From IMG/VR virus record IMGVR_UViG_3300009085_000026: 64,000 nt of DNA. One strand, 5' to 3'. Both the position numbers and the translations under genes were made by a program. The notes beneath the pieces are model-generated. The model ran no database searches. It was given only the letters and a program-made list of their open reading frames with translations, and was not told the origin of the DNA. This document shows positions 1-9,010 of this stretch, piece by piece (the first letter of the stretch is position 1; each line of letters starts with the position of its first letter). This DNA comes from an uncultured virus (IMG/VR IMGVR_UViG_3300009085_000026) (taxonomy: Duplodnaviria > Heunggongvirae > Uroviricota > Caudoviricetes).

Positions 1-289
1 GAGCTCCGCGTTTCAACATAGATAAAGCTTTGTTTTCTACTATTCTATGACATTCGTCGCAAAGGGTTATCAAGTTTCTAGTGTCGTTAGTTTGACTTAC
101 TCTCAACAATAGAACATGATGGGCATTCAGTTTTTTTACTTGTCCATAAGTTCTTCCACAAGCTCTACAACGATTTCCATCCCTCTGATAAACTTGGTGC
201 CTAACTTCTTCCCAATGTTTACCATACCTAGCTTTTCGCTTAGCTCTATCGGCCGATCTTTGCTGTCTAGTTAAAGGTCTTTTGCTCAT
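1..289 (-). CDS. HNH endonuclease, runs off the window start (not in ORF track)
   Basis: Manual translation MSKRPLTRQQ...VYQRDGNRCRACG...LNAHHVL...NDTRNLITLCDECHNRI shows CxxC, HH, N and CxxCH motifs; ATG is 4 nt after AAGATAA. Confidence 0.85.
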   Translation of the reverse strand, partial: MSKRPLTRQQRSADRAKRKARYGKHWEEVRHQVYQRDGNRCRACGRTYGQVKKLNAHHVLLLRVSQTNDTRNLITLCDECHRIVENKALSMLKRGA

Positions 290-293
290 TTGT

Positions 294-313
294 TTATCTT
301 AGACGCAAGATAA
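294..313. promoter_or_regulatory. Back-to-back putative late promoters (TTATCTT-agacgc-AAGATAA)
   Basis: AAGATAA on both strands, each 4-6 nt before a divergent ATG (289 minus, 320 plus). Confidence 0.55.
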
Positions 314-319
314 GTCTAT

Positions 320-535
320 ATGAAGATATATACCTTTGGAAAGGATAGAGCTCCAACTAGATTTTGCTTCTTGATATTTAATAATTCAAAATATAGGATA
401 GGATTGCACCCTTACAAAGATATTATGACAATAGGTAAAGGTGATATTGAGTTTGTTAATAAGATGATTGATGGCATGATGTCCGATGACGATCCTCAAT
501 ATGTAATAAAGGCACTATTCGAATGGAAAGCTTGA
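320..535 (+). CDS. hypothetical protein
   Basis: ORF follows the AAGATAA motif and overlaps the next ORF. Confidence 0.6.
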   Translation: MKIYTFGKDRAPTRFCFLIFNNSKYRIGLHPYKDIMTIGKGDIEFVNKMIDGMMSDDDPQYVIKALFEWKA

Positions 536-855
536 AGTTTAAAGACTTAAAAGTAGGGATGTTCTTTGTACAAGACAACTATTCAATATATAGTAGTGCT
601 TGCATAATATGCGCTACTAGTAAGAAAAAGATGGGTCTATTTTATAGAAGCGAAGACGATGGTAATGGAAACGAAAATGCAATTATATCTTTAATAGATG
701 TTGATGAAGAATTCTTTTCATTTTTAGAGAAAAGACAAAATAACATATTTAAAAGGGAATATTTAAATTCAGATAATGGATTTAAAACTGTTATCAATCA
801 GATTTTCGAAAAGGGAGCAAAAATTAAAATTGAGGGTTCCAAAAGCTCTCTTTAA
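523..855 (+). CDS. hypothetical protein, similar to 1323..1610
   Basis: N-terminus LKFKDLKVGMFF resembles MRFDNIKKGMLL. Confidence 0.65.
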   Translation: MESLKFKDLKVGMFFVQDNYSIYSSACIICATSKKKMGLFYRSEDDGNGNENAIISLIDVDEEFFSFLEKRQNNIFKREYLNSDNGFKTVINQIFEKGAKIKIEGSKSSL

Positions 856-1084
856 ATAGTCTCCTAAATAACTTTCTTTTAGATGCTTCTGTTATTTCAC
901 CGGGATCCCTTTTTATCAACTTACTTCTCATTGGGATCCAGTCCTGAAATTCCCAATTGCCAGAAATAGAATAGAAAGCTAAACACCTTTCTGGCCTTAT
1001 AGATATTGGCAAATAATATTCAAATCCCACATAAACATCAGCATACCACTTGAAGGGATAAACTCTAGCAACTCCTTTTTTCAT
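824..1084 (-). CDS. hypothetical protein
   Basis: Translationally coupled ORF in the minus-strand operon. Confidence 0.6.
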   Translation of the reverse strand: MKKGVARVYPFKWYADVYVGFEYYLPISIRPERCLAFYSISGNWEFQDWIPMRSKLIKRDPGEITEASKRKLFRRLFKESFWNPQF

Positions 1085-1326
1085 TATGCTCCAGTCCCGT
1101 ATCTCTCATTTCTATAAGCTTTCTTGTTTTGGCCATTTAAAATTTCTCTTTTATTTCTTTTTCTTTTTTCTTTACGAGTTTCTACTTTACCTTGTCTAGC
1201 TGGATCGCCCATGTCTGGAGTAGATATACCCGAATCTGTTTTCTTGGATACTAATCTTTTTACGGCATCGCCCATCTTAAATGAGTTGGTTCTTTGTATA
1301 TACTTTATAGCTTCTTTGAGTTTCAT
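1084..1326 (-). CDS. small basic hypothetical protein
   Basis: Coupled ORF, N-terminus MKLKEA. Confidence 0.6.
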   Translation of the reverse strand: MKLKEAIKYIQRTNSFKMGDAVKRLVSKKTDSGISTPDMGDPARQGKVETRKEKRKRNKREILNGQNKKAYRNERYGTGA

Positions 1327-1610
1327 TTATTCCTCTTTAATTTATACTTCATTCTAAATATATTATTAAACAAATCGTCTTTTGATATTTCTAGTGATTC
1401 GTTGCCTATAAAATTGCTAGAATCCCAATCTTCATTAGTCTTCTCTAGCTGTAGAGAAACAAATGCTTCTTTAGTATCTGGTAGAAGAGAAAGAACGATG
1501 TAATCTAGTTTTTCACTATACTTTCTTAGTATATAGAAATACCACATTCCCCTACTAGATTTACTAGCTAATAGCATTCCCTTCTTAATATTATCGAATC
1601 TCATTTGCAT
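1323..1610 (-). CDS. hypothetical protein
   Basis: Coupled ORF; similar to 523..855. Confidence 0.65.
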   Translation of the reverse strand: MQMRFDNIKKGMLLASKSSRGMWYFYILRKYSEKLDYIVLSLLPDTKEAFVSLQLEKTNEDWDSSNFIGNESLEISKDDLFNNIFRMKYKLKRNK

Positions 1611-1807
1611 TAGAAATGCCTCGACTTATAAAACATTAACTTCTCTAAGTGTTTCATACTCTTATCTTTCTTCTTGTCTATTTTCATAAGCTTTAAATCT
1701 TTTAAAGCTTTCTGTGCTTCTTTGTCTCTCTTATCGAATTTAGCAAACAACAATGGCTTACTAAACATATCTGCATTTGCTGTTGCTATTGCTTCGTTGA
1801 ACTTCAT
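1610..1807 (-). CDS. small basic hypothetical protein
   Basis: Coupled ORF, N-terminus MKFNEA. Confidence 0.6.
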   Translation of the reverse strand: MKFNEAIATANADMFSKPLLFAKFDKRDKEAQKALKDLKLMKIDKKKDKSMKHLEKLMFYKSRHF

Positions 1808-2127
1808 ATTTGTTGGTTAGTAAATATAAACTCTATGGCTTCTCTTTTTTTACCAAATATTTGAAAAACATATGGGACTACTATTGAACTTCTTCCACCT
1901 ATGTTCCAAGTCTTGTTTGCTTTTACTGGTAAATCTATTTTCCAAGCATAAATGTCTGCAACGTTTCCATCTTCGAACTTTATCATCCATTGCGCTTTTA
2001 CTTTGCCGTCCATGCTGGGACCAGAGGATGGCCCAAGCCTATCTGTTAATTCTTTATAGGATACTCCGGATATGGTACCCAAATAGCTACCGGTATATGC
2101 TATATTGTTTATCGTATCAAATTTCAT
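1804..2127 (-). CDS. hypothetical phage protein
   Basis: Coupled ORF with motif DGKV..QW...F.DG.VA.IY.WK...WNIGG. Confidence 0.7.
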   Translation of the reverse strand: MKFDTINNIAYTGSYLGTISGVSYKELTDRLGPSSGPSMDGKVKAQWMIKFEDGNVADIYAWKIDLPVKANKTWNIGGRSSIVVPYVFQIFGKKREAIEFIFTNQQI

Positions 2128-2678
2128 TTATTGAATTTGTTCTCCTGCTTTTCTGGTTGATAGGTTCCTGGCAATTTCTTCTTTTTATCCTTGGAGGTCT
2201 TCTCCTTTCTCTTTGTGCCAGCCCAGCTTTTTATTTCTTTATCCACTCTTCTTAAGTTTTCCTTACCTTTTCCTTCTCTCCAGAACTTGGTTAAAAATTC
2301 TAAGTCTTGATAGGGAGCAGATTGAGTTAGTCCACCTAGCTCTTCTTGAACTTTTTTATTCTTCTTCTTTTTCTTATTAAATAGAAAATTAGTCTTCTGT
2401 TTGTACTTTGGCCTAGTTCCATTAAAAGTCTTACCTATATTACTATAGTTAGAGTTACCTCTTCTACCTTTACTAGTCATAGAGTCATAAGAGTCAACAT
2501 CTTGTTGCTCTTCCTCTTCATGGATTGTTATCTTTCTTTTCTTTTTCTTTTTAGTATCTTCTATATATCCAGCAGGAAGCTTTCTTCTGACGATCGGTGA
2601 CATAATCTTTTGAATGCCTCTAACAGCAGGAGATTGTGTAGCTGGAACTATTTGTTCTAGGATATCTTTTAATTTCAT
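2124..2678 (-). CDS. Lys-rich hypothetical protein, possible head/internal protein
   Basis: MKLKDILEQ N-terminus and poly-K tracts. Confidence 0.65.
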   Translation of the reverse strand: MKLKDILEQIVPATQSPAVRGIQKIMSPIVRRKLPAGYIEDTKKKKKRKITIHEEEEQQDVDSYDSMTSKGRRGNSNYSNIGKTFNGTRPKYKQKTNFLFNKKKKKNKKVQEELGGLTQSAPYQDLEFLTKFWREGKGKENLRRVDKEIKSWAGTKRKEKTSKDKKKKLPGTYQPEKQENKFNK

Positions 2679-4186
2679 ATGAAGTTCCTCTTTGCATTAG
2701 CGGCAGATTGAGTAGCTTGGTTTTTAACTTGCCCCGATGCCTTAGAAGCTTGACCTCCAACTTGAGTAGCGGTTTGTGAAGCCTTCTCCTTAACGTTAGA
2801 AGTTGCTTTGTCTGCAAGCTTTTTTTCTTCCTGAGAAACCATAGTCTGTGGCTGCCCTAATACTTTTTCTTTTCCGCCATCTAATACTCTGAATGTCCAA
2901 GAATTTAAGTTACCATTATTCTCACCAATTCTAGCATCTACCCAAACTTCGACTTCCATTTTGAACTGGCCTTCCATGGTTACTTCTACTTCTTTCTTAT
3001 TTATAGCTTCTACTTTTCTTTTAGCTAAAGTGAAATTAGCATCTTTTACAGCAAACCATTCATAGATATTATCTCTAAATATTCTATTGTCTGTTGATGC
3101 AGCTATACCACCAGGACTAAACCATTTATCAAGATTGTGGTTTAGCGACTTCAACATATCGCCACCTTTCCCAGTCTCTAGCTCTTCACCGGTCTTCTCT
3201 AACATAAGAGACCTTATATAAGAGCTAATACTTAGAGATTCTATTTTACTTTTATTTTTTTCTTCTTTCCTTTTCTTTTCATCAACAGCTTGTAATATCA
3301 TCTTAGCTTTTTCTTTGTCGCTCAATCCGCTAGTTGGAACTTTTTTATTTTGTAAAAAATCTTCTACAAAAGATTTAGCTTCTTTTGCTTTATATCCTTG
3401 GTTTCGGAGTACGCTAACAAAGTCGCCATAATATGGATGAGAGCTAGACTTTATGGGCTCAGATTCTTTTGCTGTTTCGCTGGGTTTAGATTTGGGCTCT
3501 ACCACCTTTTCTTTTTTTAATATTTTTGGCTGAGTCTTAGTCCAATTTCTTATATCCGCTAAATCGACGTCCAGAGGTATTTTTTTGCTTTCCCTCATAG
3601 AGTTTATGATTTCGGTTCTACCAGTTTTGCTAGTTCCGAATGTATTTATTTTTATTTTTTCTAGAGAAGCAAAAGACTTATCTTCTTCTGTAGATATTTT
3701 TATTTCTGCATCAGCATTCATGCTACCTGAGAGAATTATTCTAAATTGATAATCTGAATATTTGGCTGCTCTAGCTCCAGTTGCTTTTAAAGCTGGAAAG
3801 TATTTCTTTAATTCATTTACTACCTTTGCATTGGTAAGAGGCATAAATTGTTTTTTAGTTTTAGCTTCTTCTCTCCAGTCTGCACTATCTGGTGGAGTTG
3901 GCGAAGTATATAAATTTATAGTAGATAAGTATTGAATTTTAGTACCTGGGTCTATTGCTTTCCTATTTGTTCTTTGTTGAGCTTGCTGCTGTGGTTGCTG
4001 TGGCTGAGCTTGCTGCTGTGGTTGCTGTGCTTGTTGAGGCTGAGCTTGCTGCTGTTGTGGCTGAGCAGGAGTAACTTGTTGTCCTGCTGTATTAGGAGGA
4101 GGATCTTGCTCTGAAAGAAGTCCAATTAATCTACTAATTTTGTTCTCTAACATCTTTTCAATCTTCTTCATGTATTTTAACTCCAC
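2675..4186 (-). CDS. hypothetical protein with Q/P-rich repeat, possible virion protein
   Basis: 503 aa ORF with QPQQQ repeats near the N-terminus. Confidence 0.75.
   Translation of the reverse strand: MELKYMKKIEKMLENKISRLIGLLSEQDPPPNTAGQQVTPAQPQQQQAQPQQAQQPQQQAQPQQPQQQAQQRTNRKAIDPGTKIQYLSTINLYTSPTPPDSADWREEAKTKKQFMPLTNAKVVNELKKYFPALKATGARAAKYSDYQFRIILSGSMNADAEIKISTEEDKSFASLEKIKINTFGTSKTGRTEIINSMRESKKIPLDVDLADIRNWTKTQPKILKKEKVVEPKSKPSETAKESEPIKSSSHPYYGDFVSVLRNQGYKAKEAKSFVEDFLQNKKVPTSGLSDKEKAKMILQAVDEKKRKEEKNKSKIESLSISSYIRSLMLEKTGEELETGKGGDMLKSLNHNLDKWFSPGGIAASTDNRIFRDNIYEWFAVKDANFTLAKRKVEAINKKEVEVTMEGQFKMEVEVWVDARIGENNGNLNSWTFRVLDGGKEKVLGQPQTMVSQEEKKLADKATSNVKEKASQTATQVGGQASKASGQVKNQATQSAANAKRNFI
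3978..4068 (-). repeat. Imperfect coding tandem repeat (AQPQQQQ-type)
   Basis: Repeated gcttgctgctgtggttgctgtg units on the plus strand. Confidence 0.75.
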
Positions 4187-4773
4187 TGATCTTTATTTGT
4201 TCCTAAAACATTTTTAGCAACATTGGCTCCTATCATTAAAGTTAACAGAACAGATGCTTTAACTCTGATAGTTATTTTATTCATTTGTAAATCTACATCA
4301 TAAGTAAACCAATCCATATTGGCCACTTTCATTATTTTCATCTTCTCTGCAAAAATAGATTTATGATGGCTCTTCAGAAAATTCTTAAATCTAACTGTTA
4401 TGAATTGTTGTATGAAACCACCCTCAACATGAGAAGTTAAAGTAGCTGGTAATAAATATCTAAAATACCATACTAAGGTTCTTGGTATCTCAAAGAAAAC
4501 TTTAGGATCTTTTAAGAAATTAGCTTCTAGCCACTTATCACAATTAAAAGCTACAACGACTTCCCCGAAGTTAGCGCTTTTCACAGAAACAAACCCTTTA
4601 ACTATATCAACGTTCAATTGGTTTTCTACGAAGGCCCTTATTTCCTTATCGCTTACATCTTTACGAGTTATGTCCTGCATCCAAACTGGCATGATATACA
4701 TAAGGTATTCATTGCCAGTTGGTTTAGACCAGTAATAGTTGAGACTTAGGGGTATAATCTTATTTGCTGTCAC
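4177..4773 (-). CDS. hypothetical protein
   Basis: 198 aa coupled ORF. Confidence 0.7.
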   Translation of the reverse strand: MTANKIIPLSLNYYWSKPTGNEYLMYIMPVWMQDITRKDVSDKEIRAFVENQLNVDIVKGFVSVKSANFGEVVVAFNCDKWLEANFLKDPKVFFEIPRTLVWYFRYLLPATLTSHVEGGFIQQFITVRFKNFLKSHHKSIFAEKMKIMKVANMDWFTYDVDLQMNKITIRVKASVLLTLMIGANVAKNVLGTNKDQWS

Positions 4774-5641
4774 TATTATCTACTCCCGAAAGATCAAATA
4801 ATTCTAAATAGTTTAAATTGTTTAATTTTGCTAATTCTCTCTTTCTAACATCTAAATCTGTCCATACATCTATAGCTTTCTTATAATATTTTTTATTTTC
4901 AGAAAGCTTAGCCCATCTATTTATTTTTTTAATATGATTCTTGTTATTTTTGTTAAAAGCTTCTTTTCCGTGAACCCACGAGCCTTGAAATTCTATAAAT
5001 AAATCTTTTTCTGGTATATAAAAATCACAAGAAAATGGATATCTTTCGTCGCAATATTGTCTTATTACATTACTATATCGAGAAAGCAATATCCCATATA
5101 ACTTATCTTCTGGTTTAGAGGTGTGAAAAGTATTATTTTTCTTTTTTGTGTCATATATTTTCCCCAATATTATAGGAGACTTTGCAGGCACATCTACTCC
5201 ATATCTATCTATACAAGTTTGTTTGGCCTTTTCTTTAATTTTACTAAACTTCATTGGATTATCTACACCATATTTTTTAATTAAAGTTTTTTTAGTTTTA
5301 TTTTTATTATTGTTTGATTGAAAAGTATATTCAACTCCGTACTTCGTTAAACAAGTTTTTTTACTATTTTCCTTTACTATTTCTGATTTAGCCGGGTGAT
5401 CAACTCCATATTTTTCTATAGAGTTTATTTTTAATATACATCTAGAGCACAGAAATTCAAAATTTTTTAAAAATATTTTACTATAACTATTAGAGCAATT
5501 TTTACAAACAAAAAATATTCTATCTAATGTTCTGCATTTTCCTATGCTTTTTTCTTCTTTAGTTTTATGATCTATAATTTTTATAATTAAGTCTTTAAAG
5601 TTATTTAAAGACTCTTTAGTTTTACTTAGCTCACTGCTCAT
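4760..5641 (-). CDS. free-standing homing-endonuclease-like protein (YGVxx repeats plus C-terminal PD-(D/E)xK/Vsr-like domain)
   Basis: Four K/RYGV(D/E) repeats, CxxC pairs, C-terminal SKPE...CDFYI...FIEFQGSWVH; more AT-rich than neighbours. Confidence 0.7.
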   Translation of the reverse strand: MSSELSKTKESLNNFKDLIIKIIDHKTKEEKSIGKCRTLDRIFFVCKNCSNSYSKIFLKNFEFLCSRCILKINSIEKYGVDHPAKSEIVKENSKKTCLTKYGVEYTFQSNNNKNKTKKTLIKKYGVDNPMKFSKIKEKAKQTCIDRYGVDVPAKSPIILGKIYDTKKKNNTFHTSKPEDKLYGILLSRYSNVIRQYCDERYPFSCDFYIPEKDLFIEFQGSWVHGKEAFNKNNKNHIKKINRWAKLSENKKYYKKAIDVWTDLDVRKRELAKLNNLNYLELFDLSGVDNSDSK

Positions 5642-6044
5642 TATTTTTGTGTTTTTCCCTAGTTACAGTCTTTTCGTATTGTAGATTAAACATTCTCTTG
5701 AACTTGAAATCAGAGAAGAATCCCTCACCGGATATATTTCTAGAAGTAAATACTATAGTTGGCTCATGACCAGTTAGCGCTGCTATTTCATTTACTATGA
5801 AAACGCAAGCTATTGGTAAGCCAGGTAGGTTTACTACACATGGGCTATCGCCCAGTAAATAGCTCTTCTGACTTAATACTATATCGTGACATTGTATATA
5901 GGGGTTTTTGGATAAGTCTAGATTTACTTTCTTTAGTATTTGCTCTATTGAGTCTGCCTTAACTTCTTCTCTTATTTGCTCTACAGTATCATCCGACAAT
6001 TTAGCCCCAAAATTTAGTAAATATACTTTTTCATATTGTGACAC
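5631..6044 (-). CDS. Csx15-like protein (type III CRISPR-associated Rossmann-fold family)
   Basis: Pattern LLNF..L....EQI...LD...P..Q...P.VVNLPGL......EI...TG..P.I...F....NLQ.....R matches my recollection of Csx15; GTG start with AAGGTGG SD. Confidence 0.6.
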   Translation of the reverse strand: MSQYEKVYLLNFGAKLSDDTVEQIREEVKADSIEQILKKVNLDLSKNPYIQCHDIVLSQKSYLLGDSPCVVNLPGLPIACVFIVNEIAALTGHEPTIVFTSRNISGEGFFSDFKFKRMFNLQYEKTVTREKHKNNEQ

Positions 6045-6047
6045 AGT

Positions 6048-6094
6048 TGCTTACCACCTTTAGATGAACTTATGTATTTATCTTGTGGTAAGCA
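6048..6094 (-). promoter_or_regulatory. SD-sequestering hairpin enclosing a putative late promoter AAGATAA (6078-6084)
   Basis: Perfect 10-bp inverted repeat TGCTTACCAC/GTGGTAAGCA; the 3' arm overlaps the SD of 5631..6044. Confidence 0.75.
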
Positions 6095-6101
6095 GTGCAA
6101 A

Positions 6102-7013
6102 CTAAGCGAACAAAGAAACTACAGAATCAAAGTCCTCAATAAATTGTCGCAGCTTTTTCTCGAAAAAGAATGATAGCATTTTGTCTGTGCATACCGTTTT
6201 CGAGTTGTGAATTTCGTTTATATCTACAACAGCATTTACTAGATTGGGGTTATTTGATATGCGTATTAGCTTTAGGTTTCTGAGTACTATTAGCTGTTGC
6301 TCTTTATTAAGCTTGTCCGTAGCTAAATCATCTATAAAGTCTTCACCATAAAGCTCTTCTGATAGCTTAGCAGATTTGACTTCCCCATAGCCATAGATAC
6401 CTTCTATATCGTCGCTCTTATCACCCTTTATAGCCTTGTAGAGGCAGTAGTCATATGTCTTTGGAGATTCTACATACTTATCATTCACGGGATGATATAG
6501 CTTCACCTGGAAGTCTTGTACAGCCTGAATCATATCGCTATCACCAGAAACTATAGTTACTTCCCCTTGCTTACTCAGGTCTCTGGCAAAAACATACATT
6601 ATATCATCAGCTTCTAGCTTCTCTATCGACTCTTGTGTTACTGGATAGTATTTCAATAATCCCTGAAGGTTTCTAATACCCTCAAATAATACATTCCAAA
6701 CGGGGGCTATATCATAAGTTCGTCTGGACTTATATTCTGGATATATCTCCTTGCGCCACTCTGTAGAGCCTATATTGTCCCAACATACAATAAAATAGTA
6801 ATCCTTGAACTTCTTAAAAAACTTATGAAACTTTAGTAAGAAGACATGATACATCATGCTTTCTAAATCTTTATAGTCTTCCGCAACAAGCTCTTTCTTG
6901 TCTGGGCTTGTCTTTTGCTGTATCTTCAATAGTATTGACTTGCCTCTATGAAAAGCTATATGTGATAGGTTGTTCCCATCTAGCAATAAATACTTATTCC
7001 CCACTATTTTCAA
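6102..7013 (-). CDS. rnh: RNase H / 5'-3' flap exonuclease (T4 rnh-like)
   Basis: LLLDGNN, WRKEIYPEYK..R, EADD, SGDSD, GDKSDDI.G motifs. Confidence 0.9.
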   Translation of the reverse strand: MKIVGNKYLLLDGNNLSHIAFHRGKSILLKIQQKTSPDKKELVAEDYKDLESMMYHVFLLKFHKFFKKFKDYYFIVCWDNIGSTEWRKEIYPEYKSRRTYDIAPVWNVLFEGIRNLQGLLKYYPVTQESIEKLEADDIMYVFARDLSKQGEVTIVSGDSDMIQAVQDFQVKLYHPVNDKYVESPKTYDYCLYKAIKGDKSDDIEGIYGYGEVKSAKLSEELYGEDFIDDLATDKLNKEQQLIVLRNLKLIRISNNPNLVNAVVDINEIHNSKTVCTDKMLSFFFEKKLRQFIEDFDSVVSLFA

Positions 7014-7689
7014 CCTTCCACTTGTTTATAAAGTAATTTATATTTACCTCTAATCCTCTCTCAAACTCAATGATGTTGTTTATGTGATTAAGAGTTAGAA
7101 ACCCTATTCCATCAGGGATACTATATATTCCTGCATTATATCCGGCTATAGCTAAACAGAATTTTCCTTCATACTCATCTAAAGATTGCCTAAAATAGGT
7201 TATACCTTCTTTTACGTTTTTCTTTATATTGAAAAACTCGGCCTCAGACCAGTTTTTCCTATGAGCATCATTTAACATCATGACGCCCCTATCTGTACTA
7301 GTAAGCTTGCCCTTATAGTAGTTTCTTCTAAATGCTTTTGGCTTAAACCTACTTTCTCCCCATGCTAAGCTAAAAGCTTGTACTATCGGAACACCTTGAC
7401 TTAAAGACTCTTCAGTTATGGCTACGGATATTTCTGCATTCTTTGTATACTCGTTGAAAAAGCTTATCAGTTGCTTATAGCCACCATTAGAACTCATAAT
7501 GGCCCACAACTGCTCATTCACCTCTATTCCAGTATAATAGTCAAATGGCACTAAAACATTTTGAGTTTCTACTACTCTTTCTATTATCCTCTTGTTGCGT
7601 GCATCATCTAGTTTCATTATCAATCCAATGATAACAAACAAGAGTACCATACAAAGTCCAAATAGAAAGACTATTCCTACTATTCTCAC
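6994..7689 (-). CDS. membrane-anchored lytic transglycosylase (SLT family)
   Basis: N-terminal TM; AWGESRF (catalytic E), DRGVMMLN, AIAGYNAG. Confidence 0.85.
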   Translation of the reverse strand: MRIVGIVFLFGLCMVLLFVIIGLIMKLDDARNKRIIERVVETQNVLVPFDYYTGIEVNEQLWAIMSSNGGYKQLISFFNEYTKNAEISVAITEESLSQGVPIVQAFSLAWGESRFKPKAFRRNYYKGKLTSTDRGVMMLNDAHRKNWSEAEFFNIKKNVKEGITYFRQSLDEYEGKFCLAIAGYNAGIYSIPDGIGFLTLNHINNIIEFERGLEVNINYFINKWKVENSGE

Positions 7690-7832
7690 TTGGGCTCCGT
7701 TTCAGCCTCTTGAGTTAAGGCAATTATTTTATCTGCCTCATTACAAAATTTCTCCCAATCGGGTATGCCCAGGTATAGATGTTCTCTCTCCCACCTTACT
7801 AATTCTTTAATTACTTTATTACGCGTCGTCAT
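7686..7832 (-). CDS. 48-aa hypothetical protein (below ORF-track cutoff)
   Basis: MTTRNKVIKELVRWEREHLYLGIPDWEKFCNEADKIIALTQEAETEPK fills the gap and overlaps both neighbours. Confidence 0.6.
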   Translation of the reverse strand: MTTRNKVIKELVRWEREHLYLGIPDWEKFCNEADKIIALTQEAETEPK

Positions 7833-8031
7833 CATCTTGCTCAACTAGCAGGGATATATTCCCTGAGTCAAATTTTTCAATAATTGTCTTTGGGTCACCA
7901 TATGATTCTAGAAGATCATTCACGGTTGTCCCCAGCCTCCTAGCAATCTCTACTAATCTTATCTGAATAGTTCTAGAAATCTCCTCTTTTTCTTCAAGTG
8001 TCTTTTCCACAGATCTCTTCTTCCTACTCAT
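7819..8031 (-). CDS. hypothetical protein
   Basis: Coupled ORF. Confidence 0.6.
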   Translation of the reverse strand: MSRKKRSVEKTLEEKEEISRTIQIRLVEIARRLGTTVNDLLESYGDPKTIIEKFDSGNISLLVEQDDDDA

Positions 8032-8545
8032 ATTGTACCTCTTTCTGTCTAAAGTCGTCGCAATTCTTTTTAATCTTTATACCCATTTCTTGATAATATG
8101 AACACATTCTATTACTTTTTCGAAAGTATTCACAATTGATACAACCCATTGTTGCAGGGACAGGTGCTTCTACTTCGAATTGAACGTTTTCTATTTCTGG
8201 TCTTGCTTTAACAGATTTATCCAACTTGTCAAAGGTCACAGTTATTAAATTATTAAAATACTTTTTATTTCTAAATATTATTTTTTCTCCGTCGCCAGCA
8301 TAATATTTAGACATCTCTTTGTCAAGTATGTAATATCCTATAAACTTCTCATCAACAAAATAGGTTAGTAATCTTATATCTGAAGTTACTAACCTAAAGT
8401 TTTGATATATATTTTTGCTATCATCTTGCGTTTCTAAATATACAAGTATCTTAGCACGACTAAGACCGCCTGCCGCTCTGCGGATTGAGTAATTGTTTTC
8501 GGACTTCTTCTTCATCAAAGAAACTCTCCGCATCATATTTCTCAA
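8024..8545 (-). CDS. hypothetical protein with C-terminal CxxC...C...C motif
   Basis: GCINCEYF...MC...NCDDF. Confidence 0.7.
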   Translation of the reverse strand: MRNMMRRVSLMKKKSENNYSIRRAAGGLSRAKILVYLETQDDSKNIYQNFRLVTSDIRLLTYFVDEKFIGYYILDKEMSKYYAGDGEKIIFRNKKYFNNLITVTFDKLDKSVKARPEIENVQFEVEAPVPATMGCINCEYFRKSNRMCSYYQEMGIKIKKNCDDFRQKEVQYE

Positions 8546-8613
8546 ACAGTGCTACCTGTTTTTCTAATAGAAATATGCCTTTCTTAAGAAGTTCTATTAT
8601 GACCTTTGCTTGC

Positions 8614-9000
8614 TCATCCGACATCTTTCTCTACCAGAGCTTTTACCATTTTAAATAAAATATCCGTATGATTATATAAAAGCTCTTTAGTTAAAGTATC
8701 TATATCTTCATCTACCACTCTTGCTGGCATTGGCGGTGGAGTATATACTGCACTAGCAGCTGGCGACATTGGTGGCGGTATCACTACATTATTCTTTTGA
8801 ACCAACTGCGTTATAGCCTGAATAGTTGATAATGATTCTACTATACTAGATAGTAAATCCGTATCGCTCATTTCCCTATAAGCAGATGATTTTCCTTTAG
8901 TGTCGCCAGATTCTTTATCTGACTTAGTTCTCTGTAGCTCTTTGTCTATTTTAGCATTTAGCTCTATTTCTATAGAGCTAGTTCCCATATCGTCGCTCAT
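8614..9000 (-). CDS. hypothetical protein
   Basis: ORF with GGAGG SD. Confidence 0.7.
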   Translation of the reverse strand: MSDDMGTSSIEIELNAKIDKELQRTKSDKESGDTKGKSSAYREMSDTDLLSSIVESLSTIQAITQLVQKNNVVIPPPMSPAASAVYTPPPMPARVVDEDIDTLTKELLYNHTDILFKMVKALVEKDVG

Positions 9001-9010
9001 TGATTTCCTC

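Noticed and set aside
7690..7818. Apparent non-coding gap, possible ncRNA or AGATAA promoter
   Set aside because: A 48-aa ORF coupled to both neighbours fills the gap.
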